DNA from: Mytilus edulis
Taxonomy: Eukaryota
Reading direction: 5' to 3'
DNA length: 64,000 nt
NCBI RefSeq assembly: GCF_963676685.1
Contig: NC_092353.1
Coordinates: 69,812,001 to 69,876,000, forward strand
Shown here: piece after piece, positions 37,931 through 51,519 of the stretch
How the letters are laid out: each line of letters opens with the position of its first letter
Position numbering within the stretch: the stretch's first letter is position 1
Notes under the pieces: generated by a model
What the model was told of the DNA's origin: nothing
The model's input: the letters and a program-made list of their open reading frames with translations, nothing else
Databases searched by the model: none
Position numbers and translations under genes: made by a program

Positions 37931-40900
37931 AGGAGTTCATTTTATTAACATTCGTTAATTAAATATACACGTCAATTTTCTTTTATTTGCAAACCAAACC
38001 ATTGGGTTCTAAAGAGGAAATATCACTAAATATACGACAATAATTTATCAAATTTTTAACAGCCAAATGTTGAATCTGTGTGGAACGACTGGCATTACAG
38101 ACAAGTCGAAAAATAGCGTCTATTCAAACAAGATATAGTGTATTCTCGTTTGTTGTGGAGATGTTTAAGTACCCAGCTATATCTGGTATGTGTTATTGCT
38201 AAGAAGTTATTTCGCGTTGTATCGATGTGATGTATTAAGCCCTCTTCACATAGTTTTTATAGCTTATTCTTGTGTTGTATTGTTAAACTACTATCAGGTT
38301 AGAAGATTGTTTGCGCCTTCAAACTAATATACCCCAACCACTTTCTGTATGTACCTGCCCTAAGTCAGTGGTTTCCATTTGTTATCATTTGTTTTAGCTC
38401 ATTATTTTGAACATCAATTAGGTCATTAGCTTTCTCGTTTAATTAATTTGTTTTAGATTGTTCATGGTGTGGCCTTTTACAGCTGACTTTGTGGTATGGT
38501 TCATTGTTGAACTCAATACGGTGACCTTTATCTGATAATATCTATGTAATTTTGTCTTTTGTGGAGAGTTGTCTCATTGCAATCATACTGATTATACTCA
38601 TTTTTATATATTAAATGCAAAAGTATGGCAATATCACCACCGAAATTAAAATATATTCATCGTATTATCAAACACTAGAACATCTTATACAAACAAAACT
38701 GCTACATTTTGGAGAAAAAAATGACGGAAAGGCATTGCAGAAGCTATACAAAACGCAGAATAATTTTAATCTCCACATCTAAAAACATTTTCAACAAACA
38801 CAATTGTTGAGATATACGCTAATTCCATTTGCAATTAAACGATGTTGATACCATTTAGCTGTAACAAGATGTTAAATTTGAAAAAAACAAGAAATGAAAT
38901 CTTATTATTTTATTTTGCATCAAGAAACTGTTACAATATTTTGTATCGTGCATCATTTTTATCTATGAAGAGAGAACACATACAAATATAACAGACATGT
39001 TGGTAAAAGTTGAAATATAAAGTTACAAAGGTACATCATTGGACTGAGAATATTATTCTACCAACTTATCTCCTGTTCTGTGAAGTGTTTTACTTTCCTG
39101 TGTTCTACCATTCCAAACTCCGAAACAGTGGTGACGTTGCTTCGCTAAATTATCAACGTAGCGTAGAAAAGAAGACATAACCGCTGTTTCGGAGTTTCCT
39201 TCAATATACACATTCTTGTACATGCGCAGTCATTTCCTGCGAGATCGATGAATGTAACCCAAGAACAGCACACACATTGATAGACCATCGGTGAAGTTAC
39301 GTGTCGATTTCCGCAATCCGTTAGTATCCACTTTCCATTTCGTCTTTCTTGTCTGAAAAATATTCTCGAAAATATCTTCTCAAATGTTCAATATTACTTT
39401 ATCTTTAAACATGTTAAAGGTATGCGTAGTAAAAAGTAAAATCACAAAAATACTGAACTCTGCGGAAAATTCATAACGGTAAGTCCCTTATCAAATGACA
39501 AAATCAAAAGCTCAAACACATCAAACGAATGGAAAACAACTATCATATTCCTTACTTGGTACAGTCATTTCTGATGTAGAAAATGGTTGTTTGAACCTGG
39601 TTTTATAGCTAGCTAAACCTCTCACTTGTAAACGTCACTCAAAATTAACTGTCAGAAATGAATAATTTTTTGGCATTTTGATTTCATTATTGATCCACAA
39701 CTGTCGTTTCAGTTATGCAGACAATCTCTTTAACGTCTTTGAAAGAAGTATAACAAGCTATTTTGTTACCAAAAGGAGGATTTAAAGAAAGGTTAATGAC
39801 TTACCTATTCATTGTTAAAAAAATCGTATAGTTACTTGAAATTGTCTAGTGTTGTATATATAAACAATTGAGTTGTCCTGTTTAAATCACATATGGTAAA
39901 ATCTGTTTAACTTTATTCTCATGACATTATATATCTTAGTAAATCAGTTTTTACCCAAATGTCAAAGTACTTTCAGTTGCACACATATATCGTTCTTTTC
40001 AATATTCTGCTTTCGGTTTCAATAAAACTGGCATAGTTAATGAATTAGCTGCATACATAGCCTAATTTGATTTTATCACATATAGCTTTGTTTTACCTGC
40101 AGAACTTGTTATATTTAATAGTTCTGCATCATGTGGTATCTTCTATCCAAATATCCGGGATATTTGAAATCCTGATAAAACTCTTTTAAAACCTCTCCAA
40201 AGAAGTCATCATCAATATCTTCATCTAAATTAGCATAATACATTTCCTTGATTACTTCTGCATTTACACTATCTATGATATTATCTCCTTTGTTCTGGAA
40301 AAGGAATATTTTTATAATTATTAGCACACACACACACACATACACACACACACCAAGACAAAAAGACCCTACAGAAAGATACAGATAATTTGTAGATGTA
40401 TTGTTATAAGAAAACAAAAATAAAAGACATTGAAATGTCAAATATGTAATACAAGCATGGCCGTTTGATTTTACCAATTATGTAGCTATTAATACGTAAT
40501 AAACCAGTTTTATTTCAGAATTTGGAAAGCCAATTCCGTTTTTCAAAACAATGCTTTTTTAGTGTTATTATTACATGTAAACATATGTAGACCATTATCG
40601 TTAATCGGAGATCATTTTACATTTTTTAAACTAAAAATATCAGGTTTTATTGCTGCAGCAGATATTCAATTGTTATGGGCGATTCTAATTTATCTTGTAC
40701 AAAATGAAAATAATACTCTATACATTTTGTGCGTCAGAATTCGTTTTCTGGATTGACCCTTTATGATCAGGAATGCCTATTTGTTTAATTTAGGTCTGGA
40801 GCTGGCATGTCAGTAACTGCTAGAAGTCTGTTGTTATTTATGTATTTATGTATTATTGTCATTTTGTTTATTTTCTTTTGATTCATATTCTGACATTGGA

Positions 40901-42397
40901 CTCGGACTTCTCTTATGCTGAGTTTTACTATGCGTATTGTTGTGCATTTGTTTTTTTTTTCTACATTGGCTAGAGGTATAGGGGAGTGTTGAGATCTCAT
41001 AAACATGCTTAACCCTGCCGCAATTTTGCGCCTGTCCAAGTCAGGAGCGTATGGCCTTCTTTTGGTCTTGTAGGATTTTTAATTGTAGTTTCTTGTGTAT
41101 AATCTCTGACTGAATAATTTACCATCATAACACTCTGCATATAGTCTTTTTTATTAGAATAATGCTATCCGTAGTTGCCTACATTACAATTACCGATACA
41201 TGTATAATTCGGAGTTTAGTATGACGTCCATTATCACTGAACAAGTATACATATTTGTGTAGGGTCAGATAAAGGACGCCTTCAGATCAGGGAGTTTCTC
41301 GCTGCGTTGAGGACCCACTGATGGCCTTCCGCTGTTGTCTGCTCTGTGGTAGGGGTTGTTGTCGATTTGACACATTCCCCATTTCCATTCTCAATCTTAT
41401 CGAAAACAAAACTATCAAAGCCGGAGATCAATAAATTATTTAGCACATACTTACAACTTCTCGTCCAATCAAATTGCTTGAATTTGCCTTCTGATTTTCA
41501 TAGTACATACCTTTTCCGTGTACTAAGTAACTACGCATGAATGACCACAAGGGTAAGATTTCATTGTATTGTAATCAAGATATTAGAACAAAAATTGCTA
41601 CTGGCTATTTTGAAATAAATGATGTGTTCCAAATTTAACTAAATAGTTTGTAATTAGTTTTCAAACAGATTTTGAACATCCTACTACTAAATTTTGTTTT
41701 GACAATTAAAAAAATTTCTTTCATTTAAATAAAGAGTAATAATAATGGTGCTTTATACCTTGATTAAAGTACAACTCAATATAAAATGTGTAATCCTTTA
41801 TCTTCCATGCAATTACTTTGTACACAAAAAGAGTCAACCATGAATCTTTTGAAGGGAAATTATTAATAAAGCAATTTGATATATTTAGTCATAAATTGGT
41901 CGATAATTGGTTGCCTTATGTCCAGTGACAAATATTTCATGCATATAAACTATCCACTAGACTACCTATAGGTACATACCAGGGGCAGATCCAGCCATTT
42001 TTTAAAAGGTGTTTCAACCAAAGATGTGGGAGGGGGGTCCAACTGTTTGTGATAGTTTTAGGTTTTATGTGAAATAAAAAAAATGTTTTCAAGAATGTAA
42101 AGCTTTCACTGCAATTTAAGAATTGTCTGCTCTTGGTCAATTCATTTGTCATCTTACCATGTAAATAAGTACATGTATAGTAAAACAACGCTTCGTTCAT
42201 ATCAATAAACATACTTACACCAGCAGCTACCTTCTTTACATTCTAAAGTCAAGGGCCTTTTGAAATCCCATTTTTACAATGATATTATAGTGAGTAAATT
42301 TACAAAACTACGTAAATGAGCTACATCCAGTCAGCCAAAACATATCAATAGACTAATTACAGGATTACTCAAGTTGTAAATATGTGCTAAATTGGAT

Positions 42398-42486
42398 ATT
42401 GTATAGAAAGGTATATACTATGAAAATAAGAGCTTGGGGCAAAGCCCCTCGCTCTAATTTTCATAGTATATACCTTTCTATACAAT
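42398..42486. repeat. ~88-bp near-perfect palindrome (mini-MITE)
   Basis: ttgtatagaaaggtatatactatgaaaa...GGGGCAAAGCCCC...ttttcatagtatatacctttctatacaa. Confidence 0.85.
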
Positions 42487-42829
42487 AACCGAGACTTGTT
42501 CAGCTATATAATCAGAAGAGATCCCTAATTGGAAAATGTCAAAAATACACATAATCACCTTTGCTCTATGGAGTTTTTAATACAGCACAAAAACGTTCAG
42601 TGATTATAATTTACAAGTGTGTTTCATAAGAGAATATGGCGCACTTCAATTAGCTTATTGTTCTTTGATAGATTGAATACCTGTTCACGTTCTTTTGTAC
42701 ACAAAACAAAGAATGCTTTTGATTCGTTGAAAAATATAGTACCACAAGCAACATTGGTTCTTTTCATTTGAAAATAAAAATCATTTTTCATATTGAACAG
42801 GAAAAAGGGTGGTTGAAGATGTACTTAAA

Positions 42830-42952
42830 TGAACCACCAACTCAACGCCTGAGTCTGGATGGCCTCTTTTACAAGACATACCTATTGTCTCGTTCTAAAC
42901 ATGCATGAAATATTAACCACTGGACGTTAAGCAACCAATAATCAATCAATCA
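42830..42952 (+). mobile_element. SINE-like 3' end with (CAAT)n tail
   Basis: ccactggacgttaagcaaccaataatcaatcaatc. Confidence 0.5.
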
Positions 42953-45900
42953 TATGCAGTATAACACCATTTAAAAAAGTAAACAATGATGATTTGATGA
43001 GAAAGGGTAACATGTTCTAGTATCTCGTCCGAACTGCAATCTAAAACTAAAATGATTGAATTATAATCATTTAAATTCCTTAAAGATAGTTATCGAATTG
43101 GGCAAAGATATGGTGACCTCAAATAAAACTGATGTCATTAACATTTGAAGCTGCGACTACCTAGTAAAACTAACATTTTAAACAATTGTACATAAAACAG
43201 CAATTAAAGCGCTGTTCCTTTGCCTATTTTTGCCATGCATGTTCTGATTTTTGTCACGGAGGGAAACCCCATAGCACTTCATGTCTATAATATATTCCAT
43301 ACCCAGCTGTGAATAAAGCCTTAGTTATTTGTACAGCATCATCTAGTGTTTTTTCTGTCTATGGGAGACATTTCATCTGCTTACCCTTTAACGAAATAGT
43401 ACTATTTCAATGAATAATGATCTTTGGATAATGATGGGCAGTTCATTAATTAATGATTATTTTTTTGGTTGTTTAATGTTCTTAATATTTGTCTAGGCAT
43501 ATAATAAACATTCAGGATATACTTCAATAAAATATGAATGCATATAGCATACGGTAATGTCGGAGTATTCTGTCATTTGTTATCACAAAAAAGTTGGATC
43601 TAATAAGTACTTGAAATAAGTAAATTTGCTGGAGTACTGTAACGCGTTTTTTTTTCTCGGATTATTCATTTCATTCGAGAAAGTGATTTGCATGGTTTTT
43701 ACAAATAGTATAAAACTTTTATTATAAATACACAATTTGTTTTCGTTTGTTCTAATATTTAGGAGAAACGTTTGACAGTAAGGACATTCTGATACAGTGG
43801 ATTTTTCAAAACATTGGATATATTGATTTTCTTAAGAAGCATAATATGTAGCCTTTAATATTCGGAATTCATTTCTCTTAAAAAAAAATATTCTTAATTT
43901 CTTTTTTTCACCCATTATTGCAAAAAAACTTTTTCAGTTATAAACATTTCCATCAATAAGATTTTTAAATTGGACCAGTGATCTATATTTTTATCTGATT
44001 TGTTTAGCTAGATACGCACTGCCTTGTGACAAGGAATGAATATCATATTGTCTTTTAAAGAGTTCCAATAATCACTTAACGGAAAATACATGCGCTTTAT
44101 AATTTCGGACAAAAACAAATAATTATCAATAAAAATCGAAATAATGTGATTCAATTTCAGTATTGAATTCGATCAAAGATATTTAACAGATAATATTAAG
44201 TAACTTCATGAATACAAACAAATTGAACTAGAATGTCACCACATTTATTGGTGAAATGCAGCAACGTTTTGATATCAAAGCATTATTAATTCTAGGACAC
44301 GTTGTCAGAATTTACATACCTGATAGAAATCTTGAATTTGATACGATTCCATAACATCATTGTGTGAAGGTGTGTGAATTTTTACTGTATTCTTTTCTAG
44401 ATTTGTTTCTATGTTTTCCAAAAATATCTGGCTTTTCCTTCAATAATATGATAGCCAAATTTCTAAAAAAAAAAGAACATTTTATAACTTGATCTTCGAA
44501 ACTTGTGTATTCGATTCACCATGAACCAAAAAACACCATTAACCAAAACAATATTAAAAAGATACCTAAACATACGAAAAAAACAATCAAGCTCATTGAA
44601 TTGTAAATAACCGGTAGTAGAAAAGAAAGCGAAGCCAGATAAATCAAAGTTACATCATTAGAGTGACTTATTTATATATTCATATTTTAAGATCATAGTG
44701 AAATTTAAAACATGGAAACTATGCCGAAATTACAGATAAAAATAAATGATTATGCGTTATTCTATTTGTTTCTTTGGCATTATTTATACTTTTATTGAAC
44801 AAAATCACATTTCAGCTAAATTCGTGAAATAAAACTTAAAACAAAGCACAGTTTCAACTTAATTAAGATCAACACTCAACTACTATACTAAATCATCTGC
44901 ATCTAATATAGCTAAGACTTGTAACTATTGAGGAATGGGGTTTAGTCAAAGATGCAAAATCTTTTTTCATGATTTAATACCAATGTTTATTTGGATTTTG
45001 CACTCAACCTTTATCCGTTATAACACATATGTCAAAAAAGAAAGGTAAATAGGGGTTGTTGTGTCTGCTTGTAAGTCTATCGACACATTGTATTCCCAGC
45101 TATTCTTCAAAGGGTGAGTATTTGACAATACCTTTATAGGAATCAGAAGTCACTTATATCGATAATGATCTCTAACTCTTTATTTTTATCGGAATACGTA
45201 TCTTTATTAAGTTCTATCATTTTTTTATCTCAGAATACAAGGACGTATTGAATATTTTCCATTGTATTGATAAGTTCGCCACGTACGGTACATGCAGTGT
45301 TCATATTAAGCTCATATAATACATGGCTGGAAGTATAGGAGAGGGTTGAGATCTCGCTTAACATGTTTTCCCGAAACAATTTTGCGCCTGACCCAAATAA
45401 AGATCCTTGAGCCTTTGATAGTCTTGTATGATCTTTAATTATAGTTACTTTATATGTTTTGGAGTAAAGAATGACATTTATTGCACTGGTCTACACACTT
45501 TTGTTTAGGGGCAAAATAAAGTCAGCCTGCGGGTGCGGGATTTTCCCGCTGCGTTGAAGACCCTTTGGTGGCCTTCGACCTCTTTATGCTCGGTGGTCGT
45601 TTTGTTCTCTATTTGACACATTCCTCATTTCAATTCTCAATTTTATTTGAATTAAAGATTAAAGGGGTTCACTCGAGGTTAAAACTTATGAACGGATTGC
45701 AAATAACGGAAAACCGTCTTATTATGTTTAAGAATAAAATTAAGGCTTGTGTCTATGCGGTTAGAGGGTTGACGTGTTTTGCAGTAAGCCATTGTACACA
45801 GACGACACTACTACCATGTATATGTCAGGTATATTATTTTTTGATGCTGTGACAAAAAGATACTTACCATATCCATTACAGCCGTGAAAATATTAAGAAA

Positions 45901-46109
45901 TAGAGCAATTATTAGACTCATCAGTAAGCATCCCATTGTTGACATCTGTGAAAACAATTATTGAACGTTACTCATATCTTAAATTTATAATGTTCACAGA
46001 AAAACGCAAAGAGTTCAATTTTTTTGATATTATAGAATTAGATTATAGGACGGGGAATGGTGTGTGTGTGTGTGTGTGTGTGTGAACAGTATTGGGAATA
46101 GGGATTGGT

Positions 46110-46410
46110 TGTAAAAAGTAAAATCACAAGTCCTTAATCAAATTTCAAAATCAAAAGCTCCAACATACAAAACGACGAATGGACAACATCTGTCATATTC
46201 CTGAATTGGTATAGACATTTTCATATGTAGAAAATGATGGATAAAACCTGGTTTTATAGCTAGCTAAACCTCTCATATGTATGACAGTTGCATAAAATTC
46301 TATTATATTGACAACGATGTGTGAACAAAACAAATAGACATAAGAGACAAAAATGTCAAAAATAGAGGTAGAGCAGTCAATAAAGTGTTATTATCTTAAT
46401 CACTGTAAAA
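46110..46410 (+). repeat. Interspersed repeat family 'gtaaaaagtaaaatcacaa...'
   Basis: Other copies at ~39428-39630 (plus) and 24410-24620 and 55695-55800 (minus). Confidence 0.8.
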
Positions 46411-47924
46411 CAAATAGACATGATAGACATTTGCGGAAACTATGTCTATACCTTGCATTACACTTAGACTTACGATTACAGTCTTCTTAAAATATATAAA
46501 TAAAAAAAGATTGACATTCAAAGTAAATTTAAATGTTGGTTTTTTTTTTATCTCATAAGTAGTTACACACGCGGCACACACATGCATAATTTCTCTTTTA
46601 ATTCTACGATTGAGCGTTCAACCCCTACTTAATAGTGTGGAATATATTTTTTTTTTCAATTTTCTACACTTCTTTTGCATATTCCAAATGGCCCATCGCT
46701 GTTTTTATCTAAAAACAAGAAGTGAAAAATAGCAAGTATATATAGCTTTGTTATAAGGAAGGGTAAGTGATTTATTTCTCTAATTACCGATTATTTTTCT
46801 TCTCTTTTCAGTATTGAATTTTCCCCTGTGAGTGTTCCAAATGGAAACATATAATAAATTTATCTAACGAAATAAATCTCAAGGAGTACTAGTTCTACAA
46901 GGAATATTGATAGTGAAATTGTCAATTCCAAGTTTTTCAAAATGGTATATGTTTAAAAGAACTAATATACGGTTAAAAAAGTATGTCTTTATTGAAAATA
47001 AGATTCAATTGATACACATATAATTAAAAAAAAAAAATTAAAACACTTTTGAGTTCAAATTGTCAACCTCAGGGTCGAGCATATACTATTCCGTAACGTG
47101 TATAATAACTGAAATTGGTCTAAGCCATTAATGTTGTTTACACGCATCTAGTATTGTTACTACATGCCACATCTTCGTGTATGTATTTTTAAGAGTCATT
47201 CCACAATTGAATAAAGTACAAGGTTAAGTTTGGGAGTGAAAGGTCGTATGCAGGAAATGCATAAGTCTTATTCGCGATATACAGGCCATAACAGTTTAAT
47301 TATTTTGAGATCGGAGTAATCTATTGACATATATAATTTATCTGAATATTAGTTCAAACTCCTAACATGATAAGTTTGAGGTCATCACTCTTACATTTTA
47401 AGATTTAATGAAGCTGACTTGTGAACATCAATGTCACAAAAAATACCTAGCTAATATATTCTATAATTCGAAATAATTTACTTTCGGCCGTCTTTCACAA
47501 CTTCATTATCGACAAAGCATCATTGTTTTTATACTAACCATATAGGAAGCAAAGCATTTTATTAGAAATTAAATTGAAATCAAGTGGTTATTATTCAATC
47601 GGACGAGGAAGATCAGTTTAAGTGTAAAACGATTAAAACCACCACTTTCCTCATTGAATTATTTGTATTCTCACATCCTTACACTTTTTCAAGCTATTCG
47701 CAAATAATTAAAAGTCATATTTGTAACTATCAACTTGAAGGTGCACACATAATGCCGTCATCAGAATACAATCTCAAAAAAATTATATTTATTTAAAAAA
47801 TCAAAGATTCATCGACTTAATAGAATTATATAAAAGTTCTATCAAAACTGGAGTCTGTGCAATTTTCTTTTCACTCCTTATCTGTTAAATCATATATTTC
47901 TGAAATATTTTTTTTATTATAAAT

Positions 47925-49543
47925 TATATCGTTTTTGTGTGTAAAATTCATTACATTAACTGCTGGATAAACGAATTAGGTAATGACAATTCACTTGGAA
48001 ACTCAACATTTACCCTCACGACACTCACCAAAGAGGAAATCCTGGATAATCATAGGTCTGTTGTGTGTTCCGTTGGAATTTCAACCAAAGATGAAGAACT
48101 GGATCTTCCATCACTGTATTGGATACCTAAACTATATAAGTGTCCTTACAAACAACGGTATATTGCTGGGTCTTCCAAGTGCTCCACGAAACGTCTTTCT
48201 AAATTATTAACATCTATTTTATCAACAATCAAAGATGGGCTTCAACGTTATTGTGAAACTGCCTATTCTAGAGGGGGCGTGAATCAGATGTGGATAATTA
48301 AAAATTTCAAAGATCTTTTAGAGCACATACAATCTAACTCTCTTTCATCTTGTAACAGTATTAAAACATTTGACTTTTCTACTCTTTGCACAAGTATTCC
48401 ACATTCCAAACTAAGAGAAAAATTGAAAGAGTTGGTATTGTTTTGCTTCATAAAAAAGAATGGCCAACGTAGATAAAAGTATCTTGTCTTAGGGAGGGAT
48501 AAATCCTACTTTGTAAAGGATCACGCTGATTCAAACAAAAAATTCTCTGACACTGATCTTATCAAGATGCTTGATTTCTTGATTGACAACATATTTGTTA
48601 CGTTCGGAGGACGTGTTTTTCAACAGACTGTTAGCATTCCAATGGAAACAAACTGTGTCCATCTACTTGCCGACTTGTTTCTTTATTATTATGAGGCTGA
48701 CTTCATGCAGGAACTTCTTAGGAAGAAAGATAAGAAGTTAGTAATATCCTTTAACTCTACTTTCCGCTATATAGATGATGTTCTTTCACTAAATAATTCA
48801 AAATTTGGTGACTATGTGGAACGCATCTATCCCATCGAGCTAGAGATAAAGGATACTACAGATACAGTTAAGTCGGCCTCATATCTTGACTTACATCTAG
48901 AAATTGACAATGAGGGTCGGTTGAAAACAAAACTTTACGATAAAAGAGATGATTTCAGCTTTCCATTTGTGAACTTTCCATTTCTAAATAGCAACATTCC
49001 TGTAGCACCTGCATACGGGGTATCTATCTCCCAATTTATACGATATTCCCGTGCTTGCATTTCCTATCATGATTTTCTTGATAGAGGATTGCTGCTCACA
49101 AGGAAGCTATTAAACCAAGAGTTCCAAATGGTGAAGTTGGAATCATCCCTTCGTAAATTTTACGGACACCATCACGAGTTGGTTGACCGTGACGGAATAA
49201 CCGTTTCACAAATGATATCGGATATGTTCCTTACGTCGTAACCACAATCCCTTTCCCTTTCATGAATGTGACCTACCGAATTAGACTATTTGCCGGATTT
49301 GTTGTCACATAAGCAACACGACGGGTGCCACATGTGGAGCAGGATCTGCTTACGCTTCCGGAGCACCTGAGATCACCCCTAGTTTTTTTGGTGGGGTTCG
49401 TGTTTTTTATTCTTTAGTTTTCTATGTTGTGTCATGTGTGCTGTTGTTTGTTTGTATTTTTTCATTTTTAGCCATGGTGTTGTCAGTTAGTTTTCGATTT
49501 ATGAGTTTGACTGTCCCTTTGGTATCTTTCGTCCCTCTTTTTT
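47925..49543 (+). mobile_element. 5'-truncated Penelope-like retroelement (reverse transcriptase plus 3' UTR; no C-terminal endonuclease, Naiad-like)
   Basis: ORFs 47937-48476 and 48567-49241 are in the same frame, separated by one TAA. Motifs LYWIPKL, IKTFDFSTL, IPMETNC..LLADLFL, FRYIDD, SYLDL, TKLYDKRDDF. Confidence 0.9.
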
Positions 49544-50629
49544 AACTAAAAGAATTTCAACTAGATTGTCAATTGAGATTATATATCTTTTTCTTTGGTT
49601 ATTCATTTTTTCAATCACTTCTGCGTTACTTGTTGGTGACGTTTTTGCTTGTATCATGTCCAAAATATATACTTATAAAATTTGAAAATACTCTTTTTTA
49701 AACTTCTGTAACTATTTATTTTGGTCGATAACAGGCGACTGTTTTTAGAAAATTGCCAAATAATTGTTTTGGAAGAAAATTATTTGGAAAACTGAAAAAG
49801 TATATTGAAAACAAAAACGCACAAGTACAACATTATATTATTGATTCTAACCAAATTCGAAATTTCTTTCGGGGTTGTAAAATGATATATGTATCTTAAT
49901 ATACCAAAGCCTTGCATTTTATAAAAGATTTATACGCGCTGCATTTTTTAGCATGTTGAACCTGTTGTGCGGTGGTTGTCGTTTGTTTATGTTGTAATAG
50001 ATATTTCTCGTTTTTTGTTTTTATATAGATCAGATCGTTGTTTTTTCTGTTAAAAATAGTGTACACTAGTCGTTTTTGGACCTTTATAGCTTGCTGTTCG
50101 GTGTGATCCAAAGCTCCGTGTTTAAAGCTGCAATTTGTTCTATAATTTTTAACTTTTAAACACTGTGCCTTGCATGGATGGGAGTTGTCCCATCTTCGTA
50201 TATACATTAACAATTTCCTAATAACAGCAATCCACAAAGAGGTTCATGGTTGTATGTTACGGCAATTATACTTCTCAAGTCATATGAGTGATCGAATTCA
50301 TTAATAAGATAAAACTATAACATAGTATGTTAGTACATAGATTCCTTATAACGATTCATTATCGGTAACTAACATGGTAACATCAAAATAACGAGCGTCA
50401 TCAATTTTCTCAATACGAATGGCAGAAAAAATATCAGAGAAATACTTAAAATCTGTTGTTTTCCGATAAAAACAATACGTGTAAACTTATAAAGTACGAT
50501 ATAAACAAGTGTCGTGTAAAAATTAAAACCCAATTCAAACAAAAATTGCATCAGAGTTAATGTCAAAGAAGCTTATACATGTGCGATGTGAACTTCGACA
50601 TTCTAATTGGATTCTTACCTATATAAAAA

Positions 50630-50966
50630 AAAAGAAGATTGGGTATAATTGTCAATGAGATAACTATCCACAAGAGACCAAAAGCCACAGAAATTAAAAA
50701 CTATAGTTCAACATACGGCCTTCAACAATAGGTAAAGCCAATACCGCATAGTCAGCTATAAGAGCACCCAAAATGACAACGTAAAACAATTCAAACAAGA
50801 AAACTAACAGCCTAAACAATGAACGATAAACAAATATGTGACATATACAAAAACAACAACCACTGAATTACAGGCTCTTGACTGGGGACAGGCACATACA
50901 TACATCATGTGGCAGGGTTAAACATGTTAGCGGGATCCGAACCCTCCCCTTACCTGGGACAGTGGA
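50630..50966 (+). repeat. Interspersed repeat family 'aagaagatgtggtatgattgccaatgagacaact...'
   Basis: Other copies at ~1930-2085 and 14895-15020 (plus) and 16080-16270, 23825-24020, 25965-26050, 38400-38590, 49960-50190 and 54585-54800 (minus). Confidence 0.8.
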
Positions 50967-51459
50967 ATATTACATATCAAATTATAATATCAAGGTATTA
51001 AACGGACAGCAGTCACTTTTAAAGTGTCATTTATAAAGATTTAGTGCAGGTGAATACACAGAATTTGTATATTCCTAAAACTGGTTTAGTGTTTACAGAA
51101 CTCATCCAAATATCTGTTTATTTTGTTCAAATACCTTTTATAGGTTTGCTTTTCCTATAGGTTTGTCGTAAAATAAGATTTACAACATTCAAGAATGCAG
51201 TTTGCAACTTATAAAAAGTTAACAACTAATTTTTCAGTAAATTGTACATTTTTTATGTCAGTGATAGCCTTGGATTTGGTAAACACTTTAGAGAAAGTGA
51301 TGAACTTGCAATCATACAATACTTGAAAGGTGTCTTCCTGGTCCAATAAACTTGATATCACGTTATACTGCCTCGAACGATTTGTGCAGAATTTCCTGAT
51401 GCTTACGTGTCAAATTATTAATAGATTGAAGAAAACTATTTTGCATCCTTGATGGTAAG

Positions 51460-51519
51460 TATAAAAGTGATGGTGAGGCAGTCCATAATTCAGTAGTGAC
51501 AAGGCTACAAAAGGTAAGC
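51460..51519 (+). promoter_or_regulatory. TATA box, initiator and short non-coding first exon of the BRICHOS-like gene
   Basis: TATAAAAG at 51460-51467. TCAGT Inr at 51490-51494 (A is 32 nt from the TATA start). Donor AAG|GTAAGC after 51513. Matching acceptor TTACAG ends at 52280, 20 nt before the ATG. Confidence 0.65.

Larger units (their letters stand above)
39145..45936 (-). pseudogene. Decayed paralogue of the BRICHOS-like precursor gene
   Basis: Exons: 45936-45868 (MGCLLMSLIIALFLNIFTAVMDM, 69 bp as in the paralogue); 44462-44320 (143 vs 141 bp, frameshift); 43385-43303 (83 vs 111 bp, internal deletion); 40294-40097 (198 vs 199 bp, frameshift); 39352-39145 (..DCGNRHVTSPMVYQCVCCSWVT..DCAC..). 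No intact furin-site exon found. Confidence 0.87.

Noticed and set aside
39948-40010. Possible remnant of the furin-site exon (RILKR...CN*K) in the pseudogene
   Set aside because: Too short and degenerate, with no donor at the expected position. Cannot be told apart from chance.
40115-40477. 120-aa ORF as a standalone gene
   Set aside because: Only 40294-40097 is exon. The rest is intron with a (CA)n tract, and the ORF end is out of frame.
45914-45924. CTGATGAGTCT on the minus strand resembling a hammerhead
   Set aside because: No stem II partner or GAAA. It is the coding sequence (L-M-S) of the pseudogene's signal-peptide exon.
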